A stretch of DNA of 64,000 nucleotides from Antedon mediterranea. Lineage: Eukaryota > Animalia > Echinodermata. How positions within the stretch are numbered: the stretch's first letter is position 1; each line of letters opens with the position of its first letter. Location of the stretch: positions 17,842,795-17,906,794 of the forward strand of contig NC_092670.1 of NCBI RefSeq assembly GCF_964355755.1, in the 5' to 3' direction. A program made the position numbers and the translations under genes. The notes under the pieces were generated by a model, which was not told the origin of the DNA, searched no databases, and was given only the letters and a program-made list of their open reading frames with translations. Of this stretch, positions 28,515-41,428 are shown piece by piece.

Positions 28515-31500
28515 CTACTTGTTAATGATTTGTTCCTTTTGAAGTTGAGCTATTGTTGCATCTTCATAATCTATAACTTCTTTTAGTACTTGTTCCGTAT
28601 GTTGTCCTAGTAGTGGAGGTGCTATACATTCATTACTAGAATGTGAACTAAACTTTACCGCTGGACCTGTGGAAAAATTTACAATTGAAAATTCTAAGTT
28701 TTCATCTTCATCGTCTTACAAACACCTTAACTTTTATCAAAGAACATAATACAAAAAGGCTTGTCCATCAATTTTCTATTCAAAGCCGGATTCTATTGGA
28801 GTCCTATTTCTTATACAGAATAGAAAAGGCTTTACATAACCTTTCAAACTCAATTAAGGCATGCTATTTATTGACAAAAAAATGATGCCACCTATTGGCT
28901 CTATTCTATCCCATGCATGTTTTGGATGGACAGGAAAAAACATTTTTAAAATTCTAAATGTCTCCAATCAGTGCAACGGAAACCGACTGCAGATAATAAT
29001 TAAGTTCACTTTTTGGAAATGCTATCTCTACCTGATTTTGTCTTTTGTTTTTTTAATTTTTTATGTATTTTACTGTATTTGTATGTATCTTTGAAGCAAA
29101 ATAATGAAATGAACCCTAAAGCTTGGTTCCCACTAGGATGCAACACACAAGGAAACAGTAAGTGCAACACACAAGGAAACAGTAAGTGCAACACACAAGG
29201 AAACAGTAAGTGCAACACACAAGGAAACAGTAAGTGCAACACACAAGGAAACAGTAAGTGCAACACACAAGGAAACAGTAAGTGCAACACAAGCAAGTTG
29301 ACCAATCACAAGGAACAGTTTGGATGATCCATCGCTTGTGATTCGTCCACTCACTGGGAACTAAGCTTAAGCATCAACTGGTATTCTTAAGCATCACCTG
29401 GTATTCTTAAGCCTCACCTGGTATTCTTAAGCCTCACCTGGTATTCTTAAGCCTCACCTGGTATTCTTAAGCCTCACCTGGTATTCTTAAGCCTCACCTG
29501 GTATTCTTAAGCATCAACTGGTATTCTTAAGCCTCACCTGGTATTCTTAAGCCTCACCTGGTATTCTTAAGCCTCACCTGGTATTCTTAAGCCTCACCTG
29601 GTATTCTTAAGCCTCACCTGGTATTCTTAAGCATCAACTGGTATTCTTAAGCCTCACCTGGTATTCTTAAGCATCAACTGGTATTCTTAAGCCTCACCTG
29701 GTATTCTTAAGCCTCACCTGGTATTCTTAAGCATCAACTGGTATTCTTAAGCCTCACCTGGTATTCTTAAGCCTCACCTGGTATTCTTAAGCATCACCTG
29801 GTATTCTTAAGCCTCACCTGGTATTCTAATTTTGCCAGCAACAGGATGGTCTACCTCTTGTATCATCCCGTTGTGAATAACCTGCGGATTGCTAAACGTT
29901 TCCTGCATGGAATTGACAGGTCCGTACGGAACACCCGAACCCTCAAATGCTTCCAGCCATTCTGACATCGTCTTTTCTAAAATTCTATTCATGAAAAATA
30001 AAAACATTAACAAACCAACCCTGGGCTGTAGTAGCCACCAGAACAGTTAACTAGATCTCAATCATTTCGTTTTTCAATTAAAAATGTATTTTTTTTTTTT
30101 CATTATAATAATAAAATTAATAGTTAATTTGAAAAACTAGCAGAGTGAATAGATGATATGATTTTTAATTATTTAAACTGTGTGTGTGCTTTTTATATTC
30201 GGAATTACACAAGCTCAATTATAATTGTAGTCTATTGAGTGATACCTGTATTGTAGTGTCTATACAGGTAGGCAAATAAATAGACATATGCCTACCTTTT
30301 AGTGATAGTAGCTACTAAGGAACGTCTATTTTTAACTCTATCTTTATTACTTGTATACCTCCCATCTTTTGACAAATTCGTCATTCCTAAAATCTAAAAT
30401 AAAAAAAATAAAGTAGTTTATTCAAGAAGACTAAAGCACTGACAAAATCTTATCACTCAAACGCCCGGTAGCGTACAAGTCTGTTGAGTAGCACAAACGC
30501 AGTTTGCTTGATAATTACTGTAAGCTCATCTCTGCTCTGTCTGTCAGTCTGTCTGTCCCTCAATCAGTTTATGTGTCTTCCAGTACCACTCTTATACACA
30601 CATAATCAAACATGATGACCGAGTTGACCTTTACAACAGAAAACTGACCTTACAGACAGACGAGAATTGTTGATCATTTCCGCCACCGACCACCAAGTAG
30701 CCATCGTCTAAAGTCTTGAAAGCCTATGAAAAGATAATTACAAATAAATAAATTTGAATTAAAACAAAATCCGTAATGAACTGAATTGTATTTCTTTTAT
30801 ACGGTGGGGGTGGTGGGGGGGGGGGGAGGGGGAGGGTAGTTCAGTAGTAAACTACCTGTTCTCACACAGTGCCATTTGATGTGATATAATAATATTTAGA
30901 CACTGAAAAGGAGTAAAAAAAGATAGTTTAAGTGACTACATAGGGACAGTCACAGATGAAATGTTGTATTGTATCCATTAATCATTATCTCCTGATGATG
31001 ATGATGTCATGATTAGTTATATTGAGTGGTATCTTACTAATGCTGCCCCAGTAACAAACCTGATAGGGTACAATACTTTCGTGACCTGTTCCCCATTTGT
31101 TAGCTTCTTTTCCAGCAATCAAATAATTACTCCCAATATGGGATAATACAGCAACCTATGTACACAAAGAACATTAGTTAATAGGCTACTAAGCCTGGTT
31201 CACACTAGATATTTGGTTCATATTGAACAATCATAACCAATATAAAATGCTTAATTTGTACAACTACTCCATACAATTAGTGACCATTTTCTACAACCCA
31301 AATTAACGAATTTGCCATTCGCCATGATTTATAGAAACCAAAATTGTCAAACCCAGGTCCAAAAGGGGTCATTAATTGGAGGGTAGCATACTTACTTGAG
31401 TTGACAGTAAGTTGCAAGGGGTCATTAATTGGAGGGTAGCATACTTACTTGAGTTGACAGTAAGTTGCAAGGGGTCATTAATTGGAGGGTAGCATACTTA

Positions 31501-34500
31501 CTTGAGTTGACAGTAAGTTGCAAGGGGTCATTAATTGGAGGGTAGCATACTTACTTGAGTTGACAGTAAGTTGCAAGGGGTCATTAATTGGAGGGTAGCA
31601 TACTTACTTGAGTTGACAGTAAGTTGCAAGGGGTCATTAATTGGAGGGTAGCATACTTGAGTTGACAGTAAGTTGCAAGGGGTCATTAATTGGAGGGTAG
31701 CATACTTACTTGAGTTGACAGTAAGTTGCAGGGGGTCATTAATTGGAGGGTAGCATACTTACTTGAGTTGACAGTAAGTTGCAAGGAGTCATTAATTGGC
31801 GGGTAGCATACTTACTTGAGTTGACAGTAAGTTGCAAGGGGTCATTAATTGGAGGGTAGCATACTTACTTGAGTTGACAGTAAGTTGCAAGGGGTCATTA
31901 ATTGGAGGGTAGCATACTTACTTGAGTTGACAGTAAGTTGCAAGGGGTAATTAATTGGAGGGTAGCATACTTACTTGAGTTGACAGTAAGTTGCAATCGA
32001 TTTTCTGTCCTTTTCCTGTTTTTTGTCGTTGTAAAATGGCAGCCATTATTGCACCATGAGCATACAAGCCTGTTGCTATATCGGTCATGGCAACACCAAC
32101 TCTTACTGGTTCCCCATCCTGTAAAGAGCAACTAGCATTACGCATAACCCAAGTTTGACGGTCTATAAACTTGAGTGACAGTTTTAAGATCTGTTCACAT
32201 TAAACCTTGATTTTGGTAATAGTGTTTAAGAATTTAAAAACAGAATTGTTAAAACTAACTCATCCTGGATTCTGTACAAACCGCAATGAGATCACAAACG
32301 TAACGCAGCCCGGTAATTTCTAAGGCCGCCACCAGACCAAAATATGATATATGTAGTGTGAACATGGCTTAAACAATATTATTAAAATGTACCTCATGAC
32401 CAGTGATGCTAAGTAATCCTCCCATTGCCGCGGCAACGACATCATACCCCGCCCTCTTAGCTAGAGGCCCATCAGATCCATATCCTAATAAGCAGAAGAT
32501 AAGTAAATATCACAACTTTGGGTGAAACATGTTTTGGATTTCATCAATGTCATTAGGCATGGAATAAAATGAATTCTATTATTTATACAAAAATAGTTGA
32601 TATTGGCGATGAGTAATAGCAAAATGAACAGAGAAGATATATTATGGATAGATATATTTCCCGAGTTATTGCTAATTTGAGTCCCCATTTATTGTTAACA
32701 CTGGTAGTCGTTTTTATGCCCGGTCCCTCCTCCCTAAAGTCACAATTTATTTATCCTAGTCCCTATTTTAAGCCCAGTTCCTATGTGTTTAGCCCATAGC
32801 TTATTAGTAAGTTAAGCTCAGCCCCTATTTATTAAGCCCATGGTTTCAACGGTCTACCAGTATGAGTTTGCAATGTACCTGTGATTGAGCAGTAAATTAG
32901 TGAGGGCGCTATTTTCCTTAAATCTTCATAGCCTAGCTGCAGCTTATCTAGACCACCTGGTACAAAGTTTTCAATTAGAACATCACTTTTCTTTGCAATC
33001 TATCAACAAATAATACACAATATATAAATGTAACTCTTTATGTCCACTATTTGTTTCTTTTTATTATTGCCATTCTTTCAAACCTCAAATTATTTTCTGA
33101 AATTTACATTTTGTACCCAATATGTTGTCAGGGTTACCATGTAAACAACAGTCAAACAGAAAGCAGAAAATTCAGGTTTTTTGTTCTGAATACAGTAGGC
33201 GTGTTATATAAAACAAATAATGTAATTTGTTGAATAGAAGAATATTTTCAAGTTTATTCTTATGAAAATATTTTCAATATTAACCTCATAACCATCATTA
33301 TATGTATACTATTACATGCCATGACATCATCATTATATGTATACTATTACATGCCATGACATCATCATTATATGTATACTATTACATGCCATGACATCAT
33401 TAGTGGAGTCTGTTAGGGCTGAAATAAGGGTGTTTGGTTCAGTTTCTTCCAAAAGCACCAAATTTGGTATACAGGTTGCCCACCCTATACAAATTCAATT
33501 TTTGATGGGCGCCAAGCAAAATGACCCCTTGGGTCACCTAATTTGCATAATTTAAAATGGCGGACATTTTCGGTTAAACAGTCTATATCTCTAAAAATAC
33601 TGGTCATAGAGAGTTGATTTTTAGCCCAAAATGTTCAGAACATAAACATTCCTATTTACTCTAATGAAGTTTTTTTTGAAAAAAATGACCGGAAGTACCA
33701 GTTTTAACCTTTGACCCATATTTTAAGGCATTGCCATATCTCAGTAAATAGTTGTCACAGACAGTTTATTTAAGTGTCAAATTGTTCAGAATATATATGT
33801 TACTATTTAATTTAATGAAACATTTTATCCAAAAATGACCGGAAGTACTCAGTTTTGCCTTTGACCGTTACGATGTAATTACCAACCTTGTTACGGTTAA
33901 TATATTTTGATATCCATAAACTACTTGTCATAGAGAGTTAATTTTGGTGTCAAAATGTTCAGAACATAAACATTTCTATTTACTATAATAAAGTTTTTTC
34001 TCAAATAATGACCAGAAATACCATATTTGACCTTTGACCTGTTTTTTCATGCAAATTGCCATATCTCATTATTGGGTTGGAGTAGAAAGTTCATTTTGGT
34101 GTCAGATTGTTCAGAATATATATGTTTCTATTCTGCTTAATAGAAGACTTTTCAAAAAAATGTCAGGAAGTATAGTTATTGACTTGTTAAATACATAAAA
34201 TTTATAAATTTGTTCAGTTAATTGTATAGTTAACTGTATATTTATGATATTATTTTGCAACCCACTTTTGAGCACTTTTCGAAGATGGCTGCTTGCATGT
34301 GCAATTGAACAAAGTATACTGAACAAAGTTGAATAGATTGTCCTATTTGTAGTGAGTCTAATGTAAATGAGAAATGAGAAAATTGTATATACAAAAAATA
34401 CCCAATCTCATCTAATCGAGTACTTAAATGAAGTCTTCCACATATTTAGCAATAATGTGTAGGCCTACTGATGAAATCCAGTAAAAGTTTTGTTTTGGAA

Positions 34501-37500
34501 AGTTAGTGTTTCCGTCACTTGTGTTTGCTGTTGCATAACAATTTCATGTTGCTACATTTCTCTTTGTTGCCATAACACGAACAACCACTGAATGGGGAAA
34601 AGACACCGAAGATTTCTGTCCTCCAGACCTAAGTCATCCAAGGACCGTCCAGCTTGGTGGTTCTCAAAGATTTTCAAATTAAAAAAAAAAGAAATCGACC
34701 ATATACAGTAATCATCTAGAAGAGATTGGATGAATAGGAACAGTTTTGTTACTAATGACATGTTACGCTCTAGTATCCTCTTTTTCATATATTGCCATTT
34801 TTTCAAACTTAAAATGAACTCTGTATTGCATGTCCTTGACTATGTGAACAATGCAAATTTTATGAATGGAAATGTTGTGCAAAAATCAACAAAAAGGTTT
34901 AGCCTCATTTCTAAGAAACAATATCATACTCAAGCTCAGAACATGATGGGGCATTTCGTCTTTACGAGAACACTGAAAATATTACAATTACCATACATGT
35001 GCTTATGGTGACTGAACCAACCAGACTGTTCAAGGATTGCTAAAGAAGTTTGAATAAGCCATTATTTTCAAAATACTCGATATGAGAAAGGACACATCAT
35101 TCAATACTTGTAAAATGTACATAAAAGAAATGAAAGTAATAAAAGTAAATCTGTTCATGAGGTTAAAACAGCTCATCAATACATTATGTTACACAAGCCA
35201 AGAGTTGTTACCAATTCCAATATAACAACAATTTAACATTTACTAATCAACCAAAAATCAAGTAAAAAGGCAAAAATGAAAAAGATGATACTAAGGCGTA
35301 ATGTCATAAGTAACAAAACTGTAATACCCAAATCGTGTCCAGATGATGGCCACATTTTTTAAAATTAAAATTCGAGAATTCTGCCAAGTTTGGCGGACCA
35401 AGGATTACTTTAGGTCTGGTGGAAAAAATATATTTTTCAGTTGTGGTTCGTAATATGGCAACAGTAGTCTAGTTTTTATATTGTGCATCCCGAAAATGTC
35501 CATCCTTTTAATTAGTAGGTTATACCCCAGTTTGAAGGTCCTTTAAAGAAAGATACTCAGCGAAGCAATGCAATATAGGACAATTACCCTGAATGTAACA
35601 ACCAAACAAACACAAGTGATGGAAACACTTACTTTCCAAAACAAAACTTGAATAGATTTCATCAGTAAACATTATCGCTAAATGTGTAGAAGACTTCATT
35701 TAAGTACTCGATTAGATGATTATGTTATTATACTGTAATTTTGTATCCTAAATTATATAATTATATATTCTAGGTTATTTTTATTTTTTTAGTAATGTGT
35801 TTTGTTATGGGTCCCTACGAGACAAGTTTTTAACTTCTAGAAGGGATCCATGATAATAATGACTACCAATTACTGCTTTATCTATGTTCACTTTAATATC
35901 TTTTTTCTATTTTGTATATATTCATTCATTATTATCTAAATAAATATTATCTGAATCTGAATCTGAATGAGAATGAGATTGGGTATTTTTTGTCTATACA
36001 ATTTTCTCTCATTTGCGTTACTCTAGACTCACTACAAATAGGACTATATTCAACTTCATTCAGTATACTTCGTTCAATTGCACATGCAAGTAGCCATCTT
36101 CGACAAGTGCTCAAAAGTGGATTGCAAAATAATATAAATATACAGTTAACCTGAACAAATTTATAATTTTATGTATGTAACAGGTCAACTGTACTTCCTG
36201 ACATTTTTTGGAAAAATCTTCTATTAAACATAATAGTAACATATATATTCTGAACAATCTGACACCAAAATGAACTTTCCACGCCAACCCAATAATGAGA
36301 GTATATAGCAATTTGCCTGAAAAAAACAGGTCAAAGGTCAAATATGGTATTTCTGGTCATTATTTTAGAAAAAACTTTATTATAGTAAATAGAAATGTTT
36401 ATGTTCTGAACATTTTGACACCAACATTAACTCTCTATGACAAGTAGTTTTATGGATATCAAAATATATTAACCGTAAAAAGGTTGGTAATTACACCGTA
36501 ACGGTCAAAGGCAAAACTGAGTACTTCCGGTCATTTTTGGATAAAATGTTTCATTAAACTAAATAGTAACATATATATTCTGAACAATTTGACACTTAAA
36601 TAAACTGTCTGTGACAACTATTTACTGAGATATGGCAATGCCTTAAAATATGGGTCAAAGGTTAAAACTGGTACTTCCGGTCATTTTTTTCAAAAATACT
36701 TCATTAGAGTAAATAGGAATGTTTATGTTCTGAACATTTTGAGCTAAAAATCAACTCTCTATGACCAGTAGTTTCAGAGATATAGACTATTTAAGCGAAA
36801 GTGTCCGCCATTTAAAATTATGCAAATTAGGTGACCCAGGGGGTCATTTTGCTTGGCGCCCATCAAAAATTTAATTTGTATAGGGTGGGCAACCTGTATA
36901 CCAAATTTGATGCTTTTGGAAAAAAGTGAACCAAAATATCCCTAACAGACTCCACTACATCATTATATGTATACTATTACATGCCATGACATCATCATTA
37001 TATGTATACTATTACATGCCATGACATCATCATTATATGTATACTATTATATGCCATGACATCATCATTATATGTATACTATTACATGCCATGACATCAT
37101 CATTATATGTATACTATTACATGCCATGACATCATCATTATATGTATACTATTACATGCCATGACATCATCATTATATGTATATTATATAACACCTATAT
37201 AAATTCCTGTCATTTGATTGGACGAATGTGGGTCACATGGCGTGCAATAGTACGCACTATTCAACGATCGTTAAATAGTACTTTTTGAAACATTTTTGTG
37301 TACGAAAAAAAAACGTCTAGATGTTATATAAAACAAATAATGAATGTTTTGTATTCGTGTAATGGTACAAATAATGGCACTTGGTGAATGATGAAAGGTT
37401 ATATCAACTCGGCTTTGCCTCGTTGATATAACCTTTCATCATTCACCTCGTGCCATTATTTGTACCATTGCACTCATAAACATTCATTATTTGTATACTA

Positions 37501-39731
37501 TTACATGCCATGACATTCAATTCTTTTATATTGTTTCTAATCCAGTTAAATACATACTTCTCTTATGATATCCTTGCCTTTAGGTTGTTTTATATCAACT
37601 GCTATACTCTAAAAGCAAGAAAATAATTTTTGTTTTAAATCGATCAGTGAGTTACAGTGAGAAAGTTACATAGCCATAACATTGGCAAGGGTTCGAGGCT
37701 CACTCGGTTCTGGTGGTAGAACAAGTTTTCTTGGATAAGGACTATAAACCGTAGGTCCAGTGTACACATCTAGCTCATGTGCACTGTAAAGAACCTAGTA
37801 CATCTTTTGAGACGAGTAGAGGGTTACCCTAGTGTACTAGTAATAGTATATCACAGCCACTGCTTATAACTGGGCCCTCAGTATAAATAAATAATAACAA
37901 TTATATAGGATGTGATGTCAGTCAGACAGAGGGTAATTGTGGTGGCTGTCCTCTCTCTCGATCACCAAAAACATTTAATTGTTTCAGGATGTATATGTGG
38001 GATGTGATTTCAGTCTGAGGGCCATCTTTAACTCTCTCTCTCTCTCTCTTATAGGTTTATGATCTTTACACTCGAAACATAAACTTACTCGTTTGTTTCG
38101 ATTTACTGCCATAAAATAACAACTTTCACTTTTAACAAATGGTGGACCCCAACTTCTTGTGTCATCCCCACATCCTACACAACGAAAAAAAATTATATTT
38201 AACAGTAAATTTATTATCGAATGTGGTATCAAAGAGATAACAGTACAGAAATTTACAATATAATAACTGAATTTAACTCTGTAACTAAATACTCCACTCT
38301 AAAGTAATACAAATTTATAACTCCCAAAATGATTAGAACAAAAGAGTAAAAGAAAACTGAAAGAAGGAATATAATATTGATGGCATAGTCTATTGATATT
38401 GTAGAGGTGTAGAGTTCAAATACTAATGAACATGAAGCAATTTAATGGTTAGAAAGACCTTGTGATTTTTACCTGGTTTTTCAACTTTGATTACGTCAGC
38501 TCCCATATCTCCAAGTAACATTGTAGCGTATGGACCTGCAAGAACCCTAAGCATAGAATGTGACACTACTGCTCAGTCTGCTGTATGTAAAATGTTCAGT
38601 TATCTATACAGTATTATATAACACCTAAATAAATTCCTGTCATTTGATTGGACGATTGTGGGTCACATGGCGTGCAATAGTACGCACTATTCAACGATCG
38701 TTAAATAGTACTTTTTGAAACATTTTTGTGTACGAAAAAAAAAACGTCTCGCGGATGAAAAAAAATCTAGTACACAAATTATCCTATGATATGGCTATGT
38801 ACTGTGAAATACAACAGCGCCACCTGTCGTCTGGTCTCAGTTTCATTTGTAAACACCACCGCGAGATATGCAACAGCAGCAGATATTTGTGTACGATTTG
38901 GACATTATGTACTAATTTCATTCAAAAAGGCATTTAAATTAGCTTTAGATCGTTTTTAGGATTTTGATTAATTAATGGGGACATCCCTACAAGACGTGGA
39001 ATTGTTGGAAAAACCATAATTAGCTTAGATAAGTTCCAATTGTCTGTCGAAGTTTTGCCTTTCAGCCAAGCTAGTACTAGGCTACTAGGTCTAGCCTTAG
39101 GCCATGCTAGTATTAGGCTAGGCCTAGCCTAGGCGTTTTAGCCTTGCTAGGCCTAGGATTGTTTGGTCGTTTGTTGACATAATTAACACAAAAGTAGGTG
39201 TGTTTACGAAATCCATATAAATATAACATTTAATATAACATTATTAAAAACCAACTGTTACTGTTTTTAATCAAATGTGTGTGAATGAAATGTAGTAAGC
39301 TTTGGCTAGGGCTACCTTTTATTTGATTCAAATAACTATAATTTATTTATATGTTATATAAAACAAATAATGAATGTTTTGTATTCGTGTAATGGTACAA
39401 ATAATGGCACTTGGTGAATGATGAAAGGTTATATTTCAACTCGGCTCATTGCCTCGTTGAAATATAACCTTTCATCATTCACCTCGTGCCATTATTTGTA
39501 CCATTACACTCATAAACATTCATTATTTGTATATTCTAGTCTACTCTATACTACTACTACCAGTACTAGTCTAGCCTTTACTTGGTTGGTATAATTATTG
39601 ATTAGTTAGTTAGGCCTACTAGCTAGCCTAAAATATTAACATAATAATATTAATTAATAACAGATTGCTTACCTAGTCATATCGAGAACTCTGTAACCAC
39701 ATAATGGACGGAGGTGATTACCGGCGCTCAT
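28515..39731 (-). CDS. SUGCT: succinyl-CoA:glutarate CoA-transferase (CaiB/BaiF family III), 404 aa
   Basis: 12 exons: 39731-39673, 38546-38473, 38174-38089, 37608-37558, 32999-32879, 32484-32393, 32118-31975, 31155-31060, 30723-30649, 30393-30296, 29984-29818, 28666-28515, all GT-AG and in frame. [42 protein letters not shown] motifs. Confidence 0.92.
29120..29367. mobile_element. Harbinger-like MITE with internal 24-bp tandem expansion
   Basis: TAA on both flanks, AGCTTGGTTCCCA TIR, six copies of GCAACACACAAGGAAACAGTAAGT. Confidence 0.85.
29371..29827 (-). repeat. 20-bp minisatellite (23 copies) built on the SUGCT exon 11 donor
   Basis: Unit GCCTCACCTGGTATTCTTAA reads AGAATACCAG|GTGAGGCTTA on the minus strand. 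Confidence 0.95.
31365..31996 (-). repeat. 53-bp minisatellite (12 copies) built on the SUGCT exon 7 donor
   Basis: Each unit is the last 22 nt of exon 7 plus 31 nt of intron starting GTAAGT; one unit has a 4-bp deletion. Confidence 0.95.
33401..36957. mobile_element. Academ-type DNA transposon, non-autonomous, ~1.1 kb TIRs
   Basis: 5'-TAGTGGAGTCTGTTAGGG ... CCCTAACAGACTCCACTA-3', 3-bp TSD CAT; 33401-~34540 is inverted-repeated at ~35600-36957; no intact transposase ORF. TAG/CTA termini with a 3-4 bp TSD are Academ hallmarks. Confidence 0.8.
35720..35972 (+). mobile_element. 5'-truncated LINE 3' end inserted in the right TIR
   Basis: Absent from the left TIR; ends AATAAA..(TCTGAA)n; flanked by ATGA. 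Confidence 0.6.
37184..37495 (+). mobile_element. non-autonomous element with long 3' hairpin (Crypton-like), short copy
   Basis: Same 5' ~135 bp and 3' ~175 bp as 38614-39531; TA flanks; no TIR. Confidence 0.7.
37683..37897 (+). mobile_element. Deu-domain-like SINE, 5'-truncated
   Basis: B-box GGTTCGAGG, then GGATAAGGACTATAAACCGTAGGTCC...TAAAGAACC...GAGTAGAGGGTT resembling the Deu core, then an AATAA-rich tail. Confidence 0.55.
38614..39531 (+). mobile_element. non-autonomous element with long 3' hairpin (Crypton-like), long copy
   Basis: TTATATAACACC 5' end; 3' ~75-bp imperfect stem closed by a TCGGC..GCCTC loop; TA flanks. Confidence 0.7.
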
Positions 39732-40868
39732 GGTATTAAAAAATTATAAAATAATGTTAAATTATAAGGGTTTTTAATTAATTTTATAGCCAAGAAACTT
39801 TGTGTGTGATCATTCGAAGTTACTGAGGCATAACGTGTGCACCGCCCTCTACAATTATATACACATTTGAGATTGGACCGACCGTATACTACACGTAAAC
39901 TTTTGATGCAAAAAAATAGTGCGTTATTAATCTTAAATATAAATTAAGGCCGGTGCCTATCAATTCAAACAAGTTATTAATGTTCTATCAAGGCAATCTT
40001 TAGAATGCCTTGGTTTTTATAAAACAAATCGATTCGAAATTATTAAAGCTAGGCTACAGCCGGCCCTTGTCTCTCTCCTCCACTATCAAACTTTATGTGA
40101 CAAAAAAAATGTGATTTGTATATAGGCGCGCCTATGTTTTATATTCCGATCTTGAAAAATTCGAAATATTGAATAAGAATCTTTCTAATGTTTGTTTTAC
40201 ATACAGTATAATATAAAATTTGTCACGACCCTCGATCTGGTTATTCATGTCCAATAAAGTTTAAAAACGGATCTGAGAGCGTAATTTTGAGTTTTCATGT
40301 AGGCCTATATAGCAGCCAGCCTTTATAATATAATGGCTGGCTGCTATATAATAAGTACGAATTATTGTTTTTTTTTATTTTATTTTATAAACTGACACTT
40401 AAGGACCCTTAATAATAAAAAAATATAATTCAGAACAAAGTTAAGTATATAAAATCTCTACATTCAAAGTTAAAATCGTTAAAGAAAACTTACATTAAAT
40501 CATAGTCATTTCTATATGATTAAGTCAAAGTATAAAGATGATAAGTGAAAAGCATGCAGCTGAGATATTAATCTGGAATTAAGATAGCCAGTCCTTCTGG
40601 TTAACTATAGGCTTCTCAGAGTATATTGCAATAAATGGAAAAATGCATGGACAATTCTGAATCATCATAAAATTCATTTATTCAGGTAGAAAACACATAC
40701 TGTATATACAAAACAGCAGCCATTGGCTAATAACGTTTGTTTACAACCAATTTACATATAATATATTTAAAGTAAGACACTATCCGAATCGTCGTCTGAA
40801 ATGCACTGTAAAAAATTATTTAAAAAACAGCTGAGTTACCCTGCAGTATAAAAAAAAATAAAAAGAAG

Positions 40869-40942
<74 letters not shown>
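40869..40942 (-). tRNA. tRNA-Asn (GTT)
   Basis: GTCTCCGTGGCGCAATCGGTTAGCGCGTTCGGCTGTTAACCGAAAGGTTGGTGGTTCAAGCCCACCCGGGGACG: canonical cloverleaf with A/B boxes, followed by a T-run Pol III terminator. Confidence 0.97.
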
Positions 40943-41428
40943 ATCTGGTAATAGGCTAATGATTTTAACAACATGTAGTATGCTTCAATTTTGTTTTGTT
41001 AAATTTACTTATATTTTCCAATGTAGAAAACATAATATGTTGAAAGATAATGGTTACTGAAACTTAGCCATATTATAGTGGATTTATTGTCATAGTACAT
41101 GTATAAAATGATTTTAAAAAACACCATATTTTATCCTCTTTCGTAAATATTATTTTTTCGTAGAACGAAATGTATTTATTAATTTTTTTAATTAAATCAT
41201 ATAGGCCTAGGCCTATATCAATTAAAACATTTTAACCACCTCTCTTTATTTTTCAATCAATGGGTTATATTTTTATGGCTTAATCTATGATTTCAATTTT
41301 TTCAATAATTCATTGATATACGACGGACGGCGCGCGAGTGAATAAACACCACCACTACACAACTTAACCAGCTATATCCCCCCAGCGAACGAAAAATGTG
41401 TGATGGCCAACGCTTCGGATAAATTTCG

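Larger units (their letters stand above)
33294..37517. repeat. 35-bp minisatellite interrupted by two transposon insertions
   Basis: Unit TATGTATACTATTACATGCCATGACATCATCATTA at 33294-33400, 36958-37183 and 37496-37517. Confidence 0.9.

Noticed and set aside
29006-29354. Repeat-protein ORFs ([16 protein letters not shown])
   Set aside because: Translations of a 24-bp repeat inside an intronic MITE.
26748-31996. CRISPR-like arrays
   Set aside because: Units are contiguous with no unique spacers, there are no cas genes, and the context is eukaryotic.
34540-35600. Transposase ORF inside the Academ-type element
   Set aside because: Only short interrupted frames with no motif I can recognise.
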